Of a stretch of 64,000 bases of DNA, positions 17,843 to 31,033 are shown in pieces. The stretch comes from Candidatus Krumholzibacteriota bacterium. Lineage in GTDB: Bacteria; Krumholzibacteriota; Krumholzibacteriia; JAJRXK01. The DNA lies in assembly GCA_963806035.1 (NCBI GenBank), contig CAWDWO010000026.1, positions 64,001-128,000 on the forward strand, written 5' to 3'. The notes under the pieces are model-generated. The model saw only the letters and a program-made list of their open reading frames with translations. It did no database searches and had not been told where the DNA came from. How positions within the stretch are numbered: position 1 is the stretch's first letter; each line of letters begins with the position of its first letter. The position numbers and the translations under genes are program-made.

Positions 17843-20695
17843 GTGAAGCTCACCTTGTCCCTCCGAGGATTCATGAGATCGAGCCTTCGCGAATGGCTTC
17901 TTTTTTCGCTTCTGCTTCTTCTGGCCGTTCCTTCGCGCGCCAGCGTGTTCGGACCCGGGCACGCGGTGTGGAAGAACCCGCAGATCGAGCGAGCGGAGTT
18001 TGCGCGCGCACTCCTGGAGTTGCGAAATCGTCAGCTGAAGGAAGCTTCCCACCTGCGCCTCGAGCAGTCCGCGGTTAACGGACGGAAGACCGCGCTGTCC
18101 GGTGAGCGGCGCTTCTTGGTGATCCCCGTACTTTACGCGGACGGTCCACAGGAGGGACCGGTCTCGCAGGAAGAACTCAGCGCGCGATTTTTCGATGAGA
18201 GTCGCGAATCTTCCTTCGTGAGCTATTGGAAAGAAGTGAGCGGCGGACGCCTCGTAGCTCGCGGACGCGTGCTGCCCTGGCTGCGCATGCCGCAAGTTCG
18301 TTCGTACTACCAGAACGTCTTTCAGGGGCGACCGCGACTCGTCGCCAGCCGTCGACTGGCCGAGGACGCCATCTGCGCGGCGGCGCCGATTCTGGGGCCG
18401 TGGTGGGACTTCGACGACGACGGACCCGACGGCATACCGGGCAGCGGAGACGACGACGGGCTGCTCGACTTCGTCATCATCCTGCACCCGGATCCTGGCA
18501 TCGAAATTCAGGTGGAGGAGGAGGGGATGATGGCGCTGCAGGATCGGGTGGACACTCAGTACGTGCTCTCCACCTGCCAGGTGGGAGCAGATCCCTTCGC
18601 CCTCGCCTCCGCCCTGGATCCTCTGGGAGTGATCGTACACGAGGCCGGCCATCTCTTCGGACTGGTCGATCTCTACGACCTGAACGTTCCGGCCGATCAA
18701 AGCGGAGACGGATACGCCACCGGTGGTCTGGGTCGATTCTCCTTGATGGCGACCGGGACCTGGGCCGGCGGGGGCCAGAGTCCCACCGGACTCGACGCCT
18801 ATTCGCGTTCGCTTTTGGGTTGGGGCGAGGCGCAGCAGGTGGGCTTTACCCTGCAGGCGCTGCTCGATCCTGGGAGCGCGCCGGGAGACTACCTGGTGCT
18901 CTCTCCTGAAGGTGATTGGAAGCGCGAGCGCTTTCTGGTGGAGGCGCGCGCGGCCGGGATCTCTCCGCGGGATGAGGCGCTGCCCGGGCAGGGCATTCTG
19001 ATCTACCGGGTGGACGAGGCCGCCCGCGGCTGCAGCGGCACGGATTTCCCGCTGGTCGAATTGCTCGAGGCCGACGGGCGGCAGGACCTCATCCAAGGTC
19101 TTAATCAAGGCGAGGCAAGCGACTTCTATGGCGATGCTTCCGGAAACTACGAGCTGGGTCCCAGCAGCACTCCCTCCAGCCAGTCGCGCACTCCCTCGCC
19201 GGCGAAACCGGCGCCCCGAATTCGCATCCAGGACGCCGGGGCGCAGCGCTGGACACTGCAGCTGGAGAAGAGCGCCGCGGCCGGGCTCTCCCTGAAGGAG
19301 GCGCGTTTCGCAGACGGCCCGGTGCAGCTCGCGCCGGGCAGCGCGAAGGCGTGGCAGCTTCTTTTTCTTCCCACGAGTCTCAGCCCGATTCTTTCGGCGC
19401 GCATGCGCGTGCTCTCTGTCGACGCGCCCCTCAGCGCCTCCACCATGGACTGGATCTCTCTCGAGCCGGGACAAAAGGGCTATGCACCCACCCAGGACAT
19501 CATCCTGCAGGTCCCGGCGCAGCCCGGGGTGCTGGACGCGCAGCTTCGACTGGAAGTGGAGGTCAACGGCCAGAGCCGCCAGATCGAGGGCGGGATCCCG
19601 CTGCAGGCGAGCACGGGGCTTAGGGCGGAGGACTTCGCGCGCTGGACCGCGGAGGTCGTTTCCGAGGGCATTCCCGCCACTATCTTCGATGCATTGAGTG
19701 AGAGTGAAACTCCCACGGCCGGTTTGAGCGGCTTTCGCCTGCACACCGCGCAGGACTACGCCTACGGCAACTGTTGCGAGCTGCAGCTGCTCTCGCCCTG
19801 GATCGCGAGCTCCGCGGCGCCGGATACCCTCCTGCGCTTCTGGTCGCGGATTCACAGCGAGGCTTCCTTGCCCCCCGAGGCGTGGGACGGCGGGGTGGTC
19901 GAATGCCGGAGCCTGGGCGGTCAGTGGACTCCTCTCGCCTTGTCCGGTCCCTCCACGGGCTTGATCGTGCCCATGAGCCGCGCCGCCACCAGCGGGATCG
20001 AGGGAGTGGGCGGCGAGAGCGCGAGCTGGGTCCAGCTGAAAGCGGAGTTGCCGGCGCGCGATCTTCCTCTGCAATTGCGTTTCCGCTTCGGCAGCGATGC
20101 GGACGGCTTGATCCGTGACCCCGCGGGTGGGTGGAGCCTGGCCGGGGCGTCCGTGGGTGAAGCGGGCTGGCAGGCGCGCCTGGATCTGCTGTCGGCCGGA
20201 GCGCAGGCCCAGGCGCGCTTGAGCGTGCTTCCCCCGCCGGACAGCTTGCGCGCCTCCCTGTGGGGGCGGGTGCTTCCCGAAGAAGGCTGGCAGCTTCTCG
20301 CTCCCGCCCAGCTCCTGGATGCAAACGGGGAGACTCTCTTCCACTTCAGCATGCCGCAGGGAGCGGTGGTGCAGTTGGGGGCATTCGTGGGAGAGAGCAC
20401 GGCCACCCGCCTGGCCGTCACGGGACGACGAAGCGGGGGACAGGCCTTCAGCGTGCGGCCCAATCCCGCCTTTAGCTTCGTGAACTTCCTGGCGGAGGCC
20501 TCCGCCGAAGAGCGCACGCTCTTGATCTACGACCGGCGCGGACGCGAGCTCCGACGCCTGCCATTCCCCGCGAATCTGGGACTCGTGAGTTGGGATGGCA
20601 CTGACGATGCAGGTCATCGACTTGCTTCAGGATTGTACTTGGCGCGTCTGCTTCCCTCGCGTTACAAAGCAATCTCGGTGACCATCATTCACTGA
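17843..20695 (+). CDS. Secreted M6 (immune inhibitor A-like) zinc metalloprotease with C-terminal FlgD-Ig/T9SS type A-like domain (start may be 17873)
   Basis: Signal peptide; FVSYWKEVSGG, DFDDDGPDG, HEAGHLFGLVDLYD, FSLMATG; C-terminal PNPAFS..IYDRRGR..WDGTDDAGHRLASGLYLARL. Confidence 0.85.
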   Translation: MKLTLSLRGFMRSSLREWLLFSLLLLLAVPSRASVFGPGHAVWKNPQIERAEFARALLELRNRQLKEASHLRLEQSAVNGRKTALSGERRFLVIPVLYADGPQEGPVSQEELSARFFDESRESSFVSYWKEVSGGRLVARGRVLPWLRMPQVRSYYQNVFQGRPRLVASRRLAEDAICAAAPILGPWWDFDDDGPDGIPGSGDDDGLLDFVIILHPDPGIEIQVEEEGMMALQDRVDTQYVLSTCQVGADPFALASALDPLGVIVHEAGHLFGLVDLYDLNVPADQSGDGYATGGLGRFSLMATGTWAGGGQSPTGLDAYSRSLLGWGEAQQVGFTLQALLDPGSAPGDYLVLSPEGDWKRERFLVEARAAGISPRDEALPGQGILIYRVDEAARGCSGTDFPLVELLEADGRQDLIQGLNQGEASDFYGDASGNYELGPSSTPSSQSRTPSPAKPAPRIRIQDAGAQRWTLQLEKSAAAGLSLKEARFADGPVQLAPGSAKAWQLLFLPTSLSPILSARMRVLSVDAPLSASTMDWISLEPGQKGYAPTQDIILQVPAQPGVLDAQLRLEVEVNGQSRQIEGGIPLQASTGLRAEDFARWTAEVVSEGIPATIFDALSESETPTAGLSGFRLHTAQDYAYGNCCELQLLSPWIASSAAPDTLLRFWSRIHSEASLPPEAWDGGVVECRSLGGQWTPLALSGPSTGLIVPMSRAATSGIEGVGGESASWVQLKAELPARDLPLQLRFRFGSDADGLIRDPAGGWSLAGASVGEAGWQARLDLLSAGAQAQARLSVLPPPDSLRASLWGRVLPEEGWQLLAPAQLLDANGETLFHFSMPQGAVVQLGAFVGESTATRLAVTGRRSGGQAFSVRPNPAFSFVNFLAEASAEERTLLIYDRRGRELRRLPFPANLGLVSWDGTDDAGHRLASGLYLARLLPSRYKAISVTIIH

Positions 20696-20724
20696 AGCCC
20701 CTCTGCACGATCGAGGAAACCACG

Positions 20725-22977
20725 GTGCGACGACGCTCGTTTCTGCTTCTCTCCCTGCTTTTGGCGGTGGCCGCACGCCCGGCCGCCGCTATGGCGGAGG
20801 AGAACCCGGCCACAATGAGCGAAGGGGTGAGCGAAGCCGTGGTCCTGCACGACAGCGCGCGCGCCACGAGCGCTCGCGAACGCATGCTGCTCGCTTTGTC
20901 CTTTTCCGATCAGGCGAATTTGCGAGAGACTCTCAGCGCCAAGGAGATTCCCGCGCCGATCGCCGATTGGCATCGCGTGCGGCTGGCCCTGCAAGAGGGG
21001 AATGGGAAAGCGGCGACGAAAGCCCTGCGTCGTTTGCTCAAGCGCTCGCACGAGTTGCCCCCGGAACTGGCTCTTCTGAGCGGCGAACTCGATCGGTTTT
21101 GCCTGCAGTCCGCGCTCCAGCTCGATCAGCTCGGACTTGCCGAGTCCGTGTGGCTCCATCCGCGAGCCCCCCACGATGATGATCCAGTGTGGACCGCCCT
21201 CGGCGCGCGCCTCCTTTTGAACCGAGGAGATACCTCCAATGCTCTCCTCCGTTTCGAAGAAGCCTGGCGAGACGCTTCGACTCTGCAGCGCAGAGAGAGG
21301 AACTTCGCGTACCGCGCGCTCACCCAACTGCGCGCGGGTGATCCCTGCACTGCCATCAGGAGCTGGCTGGAGTACGCGAAGGGTCTGCGCAGCGGAGAGG
21401 AGAAACTGTGGGCTCTCAGCTTCTGGGACGCCCATCCACGACTGAAGGCAGCTGCGAAGCTGGCGGGAGTTCGCGACGAGGCCGCCGACTGGCTGGCTCG
21501 GAACGCGCGGCGTGAGGAGGCTTTCGCCCTGGCCTCAGGGAGTTTCGAAGAGGGAAGCGGAAGGGAGGCGCGCGAGTCCTATCTCATCGCCTGCGAGCAA
21601 CTCTATCGGCTGCGGCGGCACGAGGAACTCGCGACCCTGCTCGAAGAACCGCGGCCGCGCGGTCTCGACGAGGAGGCGAGGGCTTCCCTGGCCGCCTACC
21701 CCTTGGGGGTGGCGCGACGCAAGGGCGCCAGCGTGGAGATCGCGGCCGGATTCGACTCGGTGGCCGCGCGCTACGACGGCACCCGGCGCGCGGTGGAGGC
21801 GCTGTGGGAAGCGGCCTGGATGTGGGAGTTGTCGGGCGAGAGCGAGGCGGCGCAGCGGGATTTCCTGCGCTACGCGCGCGAACATGGCGATGCCCCTTTC
21901 GCGCAGGCGGCGGCGCTGCGCGCGATCTACTTGCCCTTTCAAGAAGGAGACTTCAAGAGCGCGGAAGCGCGCGAGCAGGAGCTTCACTCCAGCCTGGGAG
22001 GGGGCGAGGAGGCGGCGGCCGCTCTGTGGCTGGCGGAGCGCAGCGCACGCGCCCGCCAGGAGGAGGACAAGGCCGAGCGCTTCGCCCAGGAGCTCAGCCG
22101 GCGCTTTCCCGACAGTCCCTTTCTCGGCCTGCCCGAGAGCGCGCCCCCACTTCGAGAAGATTCCGAGCTGATTGACCTAGAGAATTTATTTCAAAAACAA
22201 TACCAGGCGTTTCAACTCCTGGCGCACGAGCTCGAGGTGCAGGATCTCTTCGCGCCGCGGGATCCCAGCTGGCAGAGGGCCGCGCTTCTTTTGCGCTATG
22301 GCTACTTCGAGCGCGGCGAGCGTGCCCTTCTGGAACTCGTGCAGCCGCTGCGGCGCGATCCCCGGGTCCAGCTACGGGCCTGCGCCCTGGCTTGGGCTGC
22401 CGGACGTGCCGAGCGTCAGGCGCGCAGCGCCTGGTGGCTGCAGGTGCTTCTGAAGGGACGCTCCGAGGCGCTGGATGCGGCCCTGGAGCAAATCTCCTTT
22501 CCCACCCCCTTCGCGGCCACGGTCGCCCAGGAAGCCTCAGCCCGCGGGCTCTCTCCGGCCGCTCTGTGGTCGCTCATGCGGCGCGAGAGCTTCTACGAGG
22601 CGCAGGTGGTCTCGCGGGCCGGCGCCTATGGTCTCCTGCAGCTTCTGCCGGAAACCGCGCAGCGCATGGCGGAAAAACTGGACGATCCGACTCTCGAGGA
22701 TCCCTTGAGACTTTTGGATCCTCGGATCAATTTGCGCTACGGGAGCGCCTACTTCGCCCAACTTCTTCAGGAGTGCGGGGGGGATCCCTTGCAAGCCCTC
22801 GCGGCCTACAACGCGGGGGAGGGCAACGGAAGGCGCTGGAAGGAGCGCGTGGGGGCCGAGGCACCCGCCACCGAAATGCTGCTCACGATTTCCTATTCGG
22901 AGACTCGCGCCTACGTCTACAACGTGCTCCGCTTCTGGAAAGTCTACGATCGAATCCTCCCTTTGAAGGCCGAGTAG
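20725..22977 (+). CDS. Slt-like soluble lytic transglycosylase with TPR-like helical N-terminus
   Basis: Signal peptide; LMRRESFY, SRAGAYGLLQLLPETA, NLRYGSAY, ALAAYNAGEG, ETRAYV. Confidence 0.88.
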   Translation: MRRRSFLLLSLLLAVAARPAAAMAEENPATMSEGVSEAVVLHDSARATSARERMLLALSFSDQANLRETLSAKEIPAPIADWHRVRLALQEGNGKAATKALRRLLKRSHELPPELALLSGELDRFCLQSALQLDQLGLAESVWLHPRAPHDDDPVWTALGARLLLNRGDTSNALLRFEEAWRDASTLQRRERNFAYRALTQLRAGDPCTAIRSWLEYAKGLRSGEEKLWALSFWDAHPRLKAAAKLAGVRDEAADWLARNARREEAFALASGSFEEGSGREARESYLIACEQLYRLRRHEELATLLEEPRPRGLDEEARASLAAYPLGVARRKGASVEIAAGFDSVAARYDGTRRAVEALWEAAWMWELSGESEAAQRDFLRYAREHGDAPFAQAAALRAIYLPFQEGDFKSAEAREQELHSSLGGGEEAAAALWLAERSARARQEEDKAERFAQELSRRFPDSPFLGLPESAPPLREDSELIDLENLFQKQYQAFQLLAHELEVQDLFAPRDPSWQRAALLLRYGYFERGERALLELVQPLRRDPRVQLRACALAWAAGRAERQARSAWWLQVLLKGRSEALDAALEQISFPTPFAATVAQEASARGLSPAALWSLMRRESFYEAQVVSRAGAYGLLQLLPETAQRMAEKLDDPTLEDPLRLLDPRINLRYGSAYFAQLLQECGGDPLQALAAYNAGEGNGRRWKERVGAEAPATEMLLTISYSETRAYVYNVLRFWKVYDRILPLKAE

Positions 22978-23031
22978 GGAACGATACGCCCTCTTGCTCC
23001 CAATGAGACTACCGCTAGGGAAGCGATACCT

Positions 23032-23047
23032 TGGCAGGAGCCTTGCA
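23032..23047 (+). promoter_or_regulatory. Putative sigma-54 (-24/-12) promoter
   Basis: TGGCAG-GAGCC-TTGCA, correct GG/GC spacing, intergenic, about 75 nt upstream of ATG 23124. Confidence 0.72.
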
Positions 23048-23123
23048 AGCTTCATCAGGTCGTATGCGGGATTCGGCGATCGTGCCGGTCGGCGAATGAT
23101 GTTCTTGAGAACGTGAGGGCAGG

Positions 23124-24047
23124 ATGTTTCTGAAGAAACTCTTCAAGGTGATGCCCCAGGAACCGCTCACACGCGGCTTGGACCTGTACAACGACGGTCG
23201 TTTCGGAGAAGCGCTGGAGATTTTCGAATCACTGCTGCAGGACAAGGATCCGGCGGTGAAGGCCAAGGCCAAGCTGTACTCCTGCGAAGCGCATCTGCAA
23301 TTGGGCGACGCGGCTTCGTCTCGCGATCTGCAAGGCGCGGTCTACCACTACCACAAGGCGGCGGACTACGAGCCGCGCTTCGCCGACATCCACAACAAGG
23401 TGGGGGAGATGTCGCGCCATCTCGGTCGTCCCGAGGAGGCAGCCGAGGCGTTCCGGCGCGCGCTGGCGATCAACGAACGCTATTTTCTGGCCCGCGTGAA
23501 CCTGGTTCAGACTCTCCTCGAGCTGGGGCAGAGCACTCAATGCGGGGCCGAAATGCGCGTGCTGTCGGCCACCTGTCCCCCTCTGTTTCGCGACCTCTGC
23601 GAGAGCCTGGTGGAGGCGAGCCAGAGCAACGACCGCCAACGCATGATCGAAATCTTGGCGGAGATCCGTCACCTCGACCTGGATACAGTCAGTCTCGCAC
23701 GCGAGCGGGCGCTGGCCTTCTTGCGCAAGGGCGAGCCGGAAGCGGCGGCGGAGATCCTGGAGAAGCTCGTGGCCGAGCACTCCCGTTTTCCCGATCTGCG
23801 CCACATTCTGGGATTGGCTTACGGGGACATGGGGCTGCGCGAAGAGGCCATGGCCAGCTTCCGTCAGGCCCTCGAACTGAATCCCCACTACCTCAAGGCG
23901 CGCATCAATTTGGGATTCACCCTGATGGAGGCCGAGCGCTACGCCGAGGCCGAGAAAGAACTGAAAATCGCGCTGGAGACCGATCCCGACCATCCGCTGA
24001 TAAAGAGCGCGCTTCAGGAGATCGCGGAGATGGGTTCCCATGCCTGA
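23124..24047 (+). CDS. Tetratricopeptide repeat protein
   Basis: TPR units, e.g. PRFADIHNKVGE, AFRRALAINERYFLARVNL, FPDLRHILGLAY, FRQALELNPHYLKARINLG. Confidence 0.88.
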   Translation: MFLKKLFKVMPQEPLTRGLDLYNDGRFGEALEIFESLLQDKDPAVKAKAKLYSCEAHLQLGDAASSRDLQGAVYHYHKAADYEPRFADIHNKVGEMSRHLGRPEEAAEAFRRALAINERYFLARVNLVQTLLELGQSTQCGAEMRVLSATCPPLFRDLCESLVEASQSNDRQRMIEILAEIRHLDLDTVSLARERALAFLRKGEPEAAAEILEKLVAEHSRFPDLRHILGLAYGDMGLREEAMASFRQALELNPHYLKARINLGFTLMEAERYAEAEKELKIALETDPDHPLIKSALQEIAEMGSHA

Positions 24048-24768
24048 AATGGTCGGAAACCAAGTGGACCTCTATCAGGTTCTGGAGGTGAAGCCGGACG
24101 CGAAACCGGAGGAAGTGCGTCGCGCCTACTTCCGTCTGGCCAAGCTGTATCACCCGGACTTGAGTCCGGATGGAGATGCGGACGCCAACACCGAGCGCTT
24201 CCTGCAGATTCAGAAGGCCTATGAGATTCTGTCGAACACCAGCAAACGTCTGGAGTACGACGAGTCGCGTCGCAGCGGGTTGAAGGGTGAGGAAGCGGTA
24301 AGTCAGGCGGAGCGGGGACCATCACCTGGTCCTCGCCCCGCGTGGCTACGAGGCCCCTCACTGGACGAGGTCCGTGATGCGCGGAAGGCCTTCGCGAGGG
24401 TGAAACCGCTGCTCGATCAGGACGAGGTCGAGCGCGCGGCCGAGGTGCTGAGGGTGATCGTCAAGACCGTGCCGAACGAAGCGGAATACCAGTCGATGTA
24501 CGGATATGTTCTGGCCCTGAGCGGAGACAATCTGCACAAGGCGCGCGATCTGTGCCGGCGCGCGGTGCAGGCCGAGCCCTACAACGCGGATTTCCACGCT
24601 CGACTGGGTTTCGTCTACCAGCAGGCGGGTCTCACCAAGACCGCCGAGGAGTGCTTCGCCACCGCGCTGGCCTACGACCAGCAGCAGGAGATCGCGCTCG
24701 CCAATTTCGAGTCGGAAAAGGGCGGAGAGGGCCTCATGGGCAAGATCGGGCGCCTCTTCGGCCACTGA
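24040..24768 (+). CDS. J-domain (DnaJ class III) protein with C-terminal TPR repeats
   Basis: DLYQVLEV..VRRAYFRLAKLYHPD..IQKAYEILS..RLEYD; TPRs at C-terminus; overlaps upstream gene by 8 nt. Confidence 0.88.
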   Translation: MPEMVGNQVDLYQVLEVKPDAKPEEVRRAYFRLAKLYHPDLSPDGDADANTERFLQIQKAYEILSNTSKRLEYDESRRSGLKGEEAVSQAERGPSPGPRPAWLRGPSLDEVRDARKAFARVKPLLDQDEVERAAEVLRVIVKTVPNEAEYQSMYGYVLALSGDNLHKARDLCRRAVQAEPYNADFHARLGFVYQQAGLTKTAEECFATALAYDQQQEIALANFESEKGGEGLMGKIGRLFGH

Positions 24769-24781
24769 TCGACCCCTCCGC

Positions 24782-24811
24782 TTGACACTTCCGCGCCGCT
24801 GCGTCTAGTTT
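24782..24811 (+). promoter_or_regulatory. Putative sigma-70 promoter of cold-shock gene
   Basis: TTGACA-18 nt-TAGTTT. Confidence 0.65.
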
Positions 24812-24858
24812 ACTGGTAGCCATTCTGGTCTCCCTATCCATCGTAAGTGGAGGTGTCG

Positions 24859-25062
24859 ATGGCAACCGGTGTCGTGCGCTGGTTTCACGAGGGCCGTGGC
24901 TACGGCTTCATCGAGGCAGCTGACACTAAGAACTCCCTTTATTTCAGACACGTGGATGTCGTGGGTACGGGGTATCGCACCCTGCGAGAAGGTCAAAAAG
25001 TGCGTTACGCGGTCCGCGAGAAGAGCCACGTGAACCAGGCCATCCAAGTCGAGGCGCTCTGA
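24859..25062 (+). CDS. Cold-shock domain protein
   Basis: MATGVVRWF..RGYGFI..GYRTLREGQKV; GGAGGT SD; 67 aa. Confidence 0.9.
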   Translation: MATGVVRWFHEGRGYGFIEAADTKNSLYFRHVDVVGTGYRTLREGQKVRYAVREKSHVNQAIQVEAL

Positions 25063-25087
25063 GGCGTCCGTTGGAAATCGTTTCCCC

Positions 25088-25126
25088 GCGGTCCCATCCC
25101 ACATGGGAATGGGACCGCTTTCTGTT
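25088..25126 (+). terminator. Intrinsic terminator after cold-shock gene
   Basis: Stem GCGGTCCCAT/ATGGGACCGC with inner CCCA/TGGG pairing, followed by TTTCTGTT. Confidence 0.7.
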
Positions 25127-25150
25127 CCCTGAGGATTCACGGCGTAAGAA

Positions 25151-28149
<2,999 letters not shown>

Positions 28150-28153
28150 GCGG

Positions 28154-29482
28154 ATGCAAAGGCGAGAACCCGTCACCCTCATCGGCGGTGGCCTGGCCGG
28201 GTCCGAAGCCGCCCTCCAACTCGCAGCACGCGGTCACTCCGTACGTCTCTTCGAAATGCGCCCCACGAAGTCGACCGAGGCGCACAAAAGCGGCGATCTC
28301 GCCGAGATCGTCTGCAGCAATTCCTTCAAGAGTGAACGCGATGACACCGCGGCGGGAGTGCTCAAACTCGAACTCGATCTTTTGGGCTGCCGCTTGCTGG
28401 ATTTCGCGCGTCAGGCGCGGGTGCCCGCGGGCGCGGCTCTGGCCATGGACCGCGAACGTTTTTCCGGCGCGGTGACGAGCGCTCTCTTGCAGAGTCCCCA
28501 CTTGAGCGTGGTGAGGGAGGAGGCGCAGCGGATTCCCGCCGAGCGTCCCTGCATCATCGCCACCGGACCCTTGACCTCGGCCGCGCTCCAGGAGGATCTG
28601 GCCCGTCTGCTCGGCGAGGAAGCGCTGTATTTCTACGACGCGATCGCGCCCTCGGTCCTGCTGGACTCGGTGGACCGCGAGATTGCGTTCAAGGCGGCCC
28701 GCTACGAAAAGGGCGAAGCCGACTATTACAACTGCCCGCTGAACAAGGAGGAGTACGAACACTTCGTGGACGAGCTTCTCGCTGCGGATCGCGTGCAGCC
28801 CAAGGACTTCGAGAAGGCGGCCTACTTCCAGGGTTGCATGCCCATCGAGGCCATCGCCGAGGGCGGGCGCGAGAGTTTGCGCTTTGGCCCGATGCGTCCG
28901 GTAGGCCTGCAGGATCCGCGCAGCGGGCGCCGCCCCTGGGCGGTGGTGCAGCTGCGGCAGGAGACGCTGGATGGAACCCTTTTCGGGCTGGTGGGATTCC
29001 AAACGCAGCTCAAGTATCCCGATCAGCGGCGCATCTTCTCCTTGATTCCCGGACTTGAGCGCGCGGAGTTCGCGCGCCTGGGTAGCCTTCACCGCAATAC
29101 CTTCATCAACAGCCCCAAGCACCTCGACGAGAGACTGCAACTGCGCGGGCAGGACGGATTGCATCTCGCGGGACAGATGATCGGCTGTGAAGGCTACGTG
29201 GAGAGCATTGCCACCGGACTTTTGGCCGCGCTCGCGGTGCACGCGCGGCAATCGGATCTGCCCTTCGCACCTCCGCCGCGCGAGTCGATTCTGGGCAGTC
29301 TTTTGGCCTACTTGCGGCAGAACACCGCTCAGCGCCCCAGTCCCATGAACGTGAACTTCGGCCTCCTGCCGCCCTTGAGCGAGCGCATCAGGAGCAAGCG
29401 GGAGCGCAAACTCGCGCTGGCTGAGCGGGCAGTTCGTGCCATGCGCGCCTGGCGCGAGGAATTCGCCGCGCTTTTCGACTGA
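28154..29482 (+). CDS. trmFO: FAD/folate-dependent tRNA m5U54 methyltransferase
   Basis: IGGGLAGSEAA, AEIVCSNSF, IATGPLTS, FYDAIAP, VGFQTQL, HRNTFINSP, AGQMIGCEGYVES, PMNVNFGL. Confidence 0.96.
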   Translation: MQRREPVTLIGGGLAGSEAALQLAARGHSVRLFEMRPTKSTEAHKSGDLAEIVCSNSFKSERDDTAAGVLKLELDLLGCRLLDFARQARVPAGAALAMDRERFSGAVTSALLQSPHLSVVREEAQRIPAERPCIIATGPLTSAALQEDLARLLGEEALYFYDAIAPSVLLDSVDREIAFKAARYEKGEADYYNCPLNKEEYEHFVDELLAADRVQPKDFEKAAYFQGCMPIEAIAEGGRESLRFGPMRPVGLQDPRSGRRPWAVVQLRQETLDGTLFGLVGFQTQLKYPDQRRIFSLIPGLERAEFARLGSLHRNTFINSPKHLDERLQLRGQDGLHLAGQMIGCEGYVESIATGLLAALAVHARQSDLPFAPPPRESILGSLLAYLRQNTAQRPSPMNVNFGLLPPLSERIRSKRERKLALAERAVRAMRAWREEFAALFD

Positions 29483-29525
29483 GAAAAGAGCGGAGCCGCT
29501 GCAGGACTGCTACACTGCCAACAGA

Positions 29526-30482
29526 ATGCCAGCCGTCAACCCACTGGAACAGGCCTGGATCGACCATCTCCGGGCGATCCGCGGACTTTCGCCGCGGACT
29601 CTGGAAGCCTACGCGCGCGATCTGGAGTCGGTGCGCCGGGCCCTGGCCGAGAGAAGCTCGCAAGAGGTGAATTGGCTTGAGATTGATGCTGATCAGCTCA
29701 GAATCTGGTTCAGCTACGAACGTGGGCGTGGGATCAGCTCGAGGAGCTTGGCGCGCCGCCTCTCCGCCCTGCGCGGCTTCTTCAAATTTCTCAAGAGCAA
29801 GGGTCTGCGGAGCGACCAGCCCACGCGCGGCCTGCACACGCCGCGGCTCAGCCGCCGTCTGCCGCGGGTCCCTTCGGAGGAACTCGTAAAGCTCCTGCTG
29901 GAGAGTCCCGATTGCGCCAACGAGCGGGGCCGGCGCGATCGCGCCATTCTGGAGTTGCTCTACGGCTGCGGTCTGCGTCTGAGCGAACTGGTGGCGCTGC
30001 AACTTTCTGAGATCGATTTTCCGGGGGAGACGATGCGGGTTCTGGGAAAGGGCGCGAAGGAGCGAATCGTCCCGCTCGTGGGTGAGGCGAAGTACCGGCT
30101 TTCGGACTATCTTTCCCGCCGCTTGCCGGCAGAGGTTTACGATGCGCTGGCCCAGGGCGCGCTGCGCGTCGAGGATCGCGCGGTGCCCGTGTTCCTGGGT
30201 CGCGCGGGTCATCGGATCGCGCGGCGAACGGTGCAGGCCATGCTCGCTCGAACGATGCGGGCCGCCGCCCTGGGAACGGGGCTTTCGCCTCACGATCTCA
30301 GACACGCTTTCGCCACGCATCTCCTGGACCGAGGCGCCGAGTTACGCGGAGTGCAGGAGCTCTTGGGTCATGCCAGTCTCTCCACCACCCAGATCTACAC
30401 CCACGTGTCCTCGGCGCGCCTGAAAGAGGTCTACGGTCAGGCGCATCCGCGTGCGCAACAAGAGGAGAAAGAGGAAAAGTGA
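29526..30482 (+). CDS. xerC: Tyrosine recombinase XerC
   Basis: [54 protein letters not shown]; trmFO-xerC-hslVU synteny. Confidence 0.88.
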   Translation: MPAVNPLEQAWIDHLRAIRGLSPRTLEAYARDLESVRRALAERSSQEVNWLEIDADQLRIWFSYERGRGISSRSLARRLSALRGFFKFLKSKGLRSDQPTRGLHTPRLSRRLPRVPSEELVKLLLESPDCANERGRRDRAILELLYGCGLRLSELVALQLSEIDFPGETMRVLGKGAKERIVPLVGEAKYRLSDYLSRRLPAEVYDALAQGALRVEDRAVPVFLGRAGHRIARRTVQAMLARTMRAAALGTGLSPHDLRHAFATHLLDRGAELRGVQELLGHASLSTTQIYTHVSSARLKEVYGQAHPRAQQEEKEEK

Positions 30483-31033
30483 ATCCGCAGAAGATAATGG
30501 GAACGACCATCTTGGGGGTGCGACGCGGCCGCGAGGTCTGTATCGGAGGCGACGGACAGGTCACCTTCGGTGAGGTCACCATGAAGCGAGGCGCCAACAA
30601 GGTGCGCACTCTGCAGGATGGGAAGATTCTGGCCGGCTTCGCCGGAAGCACGGCCGACGCCTTCACGCTCTTCGAAAAATTCGAGGGTCACCTCGACGCC
30701 AAGGGAGGCAATCTGCCGCGAGCCGCGGTGGCCCTGGCCAAGGAATGGCGCAGCGACCGGGTGCTGCGGCGCCTCGAGGCGCTGCTGGCCGTGATGGACG
30801 CCGAACACTCCTTCATCATCTCCGGCAGCGGCGACGTCATCGAACCCGACGACGATCTCATCGCCATCGGGAGCGGTGGCTCCTACGCGCTGGCCGCCGC
30901 GCGCGCTCTCCTTGGCGCCACCGAACTGAGCGCGCAGGAGATCTGTCAGCGGGCGCTGCAGATCGCGGCCGGTATCTGTATCTATACCAACGAGGAGATC
31001 ACGACTCTCCAATTGAAGGACTTTCAGGAATGA
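30479..31033 (+). CDS. hslV: ATP-dependent protease subunit HslV
   Basis: [34 protein letters not shown]. Confidence 0.96.
   Translation: MNPQKIMGTTILGVRRGREVCIGGDGQVTFGEVTMKRGANKVRTLQDGKILAGFAGSTADAFTLFEKFEGHLDAKGGNLPRAAVALAKEWRSDRVLRRLEALLAVMDAEHSFIISGSGDVIEPDDDLIAIGSGGSYALAAARALLGATELSAQEICQRALQIAAGICIYTNEEITTLQLKDFQE

Noticed and set aside
17495..20617. 1040-aa minus-strand ORF
   Set aside because: Antisense shadow of the M6 protease; no recognisable motifs; expected in high-GC DNA.
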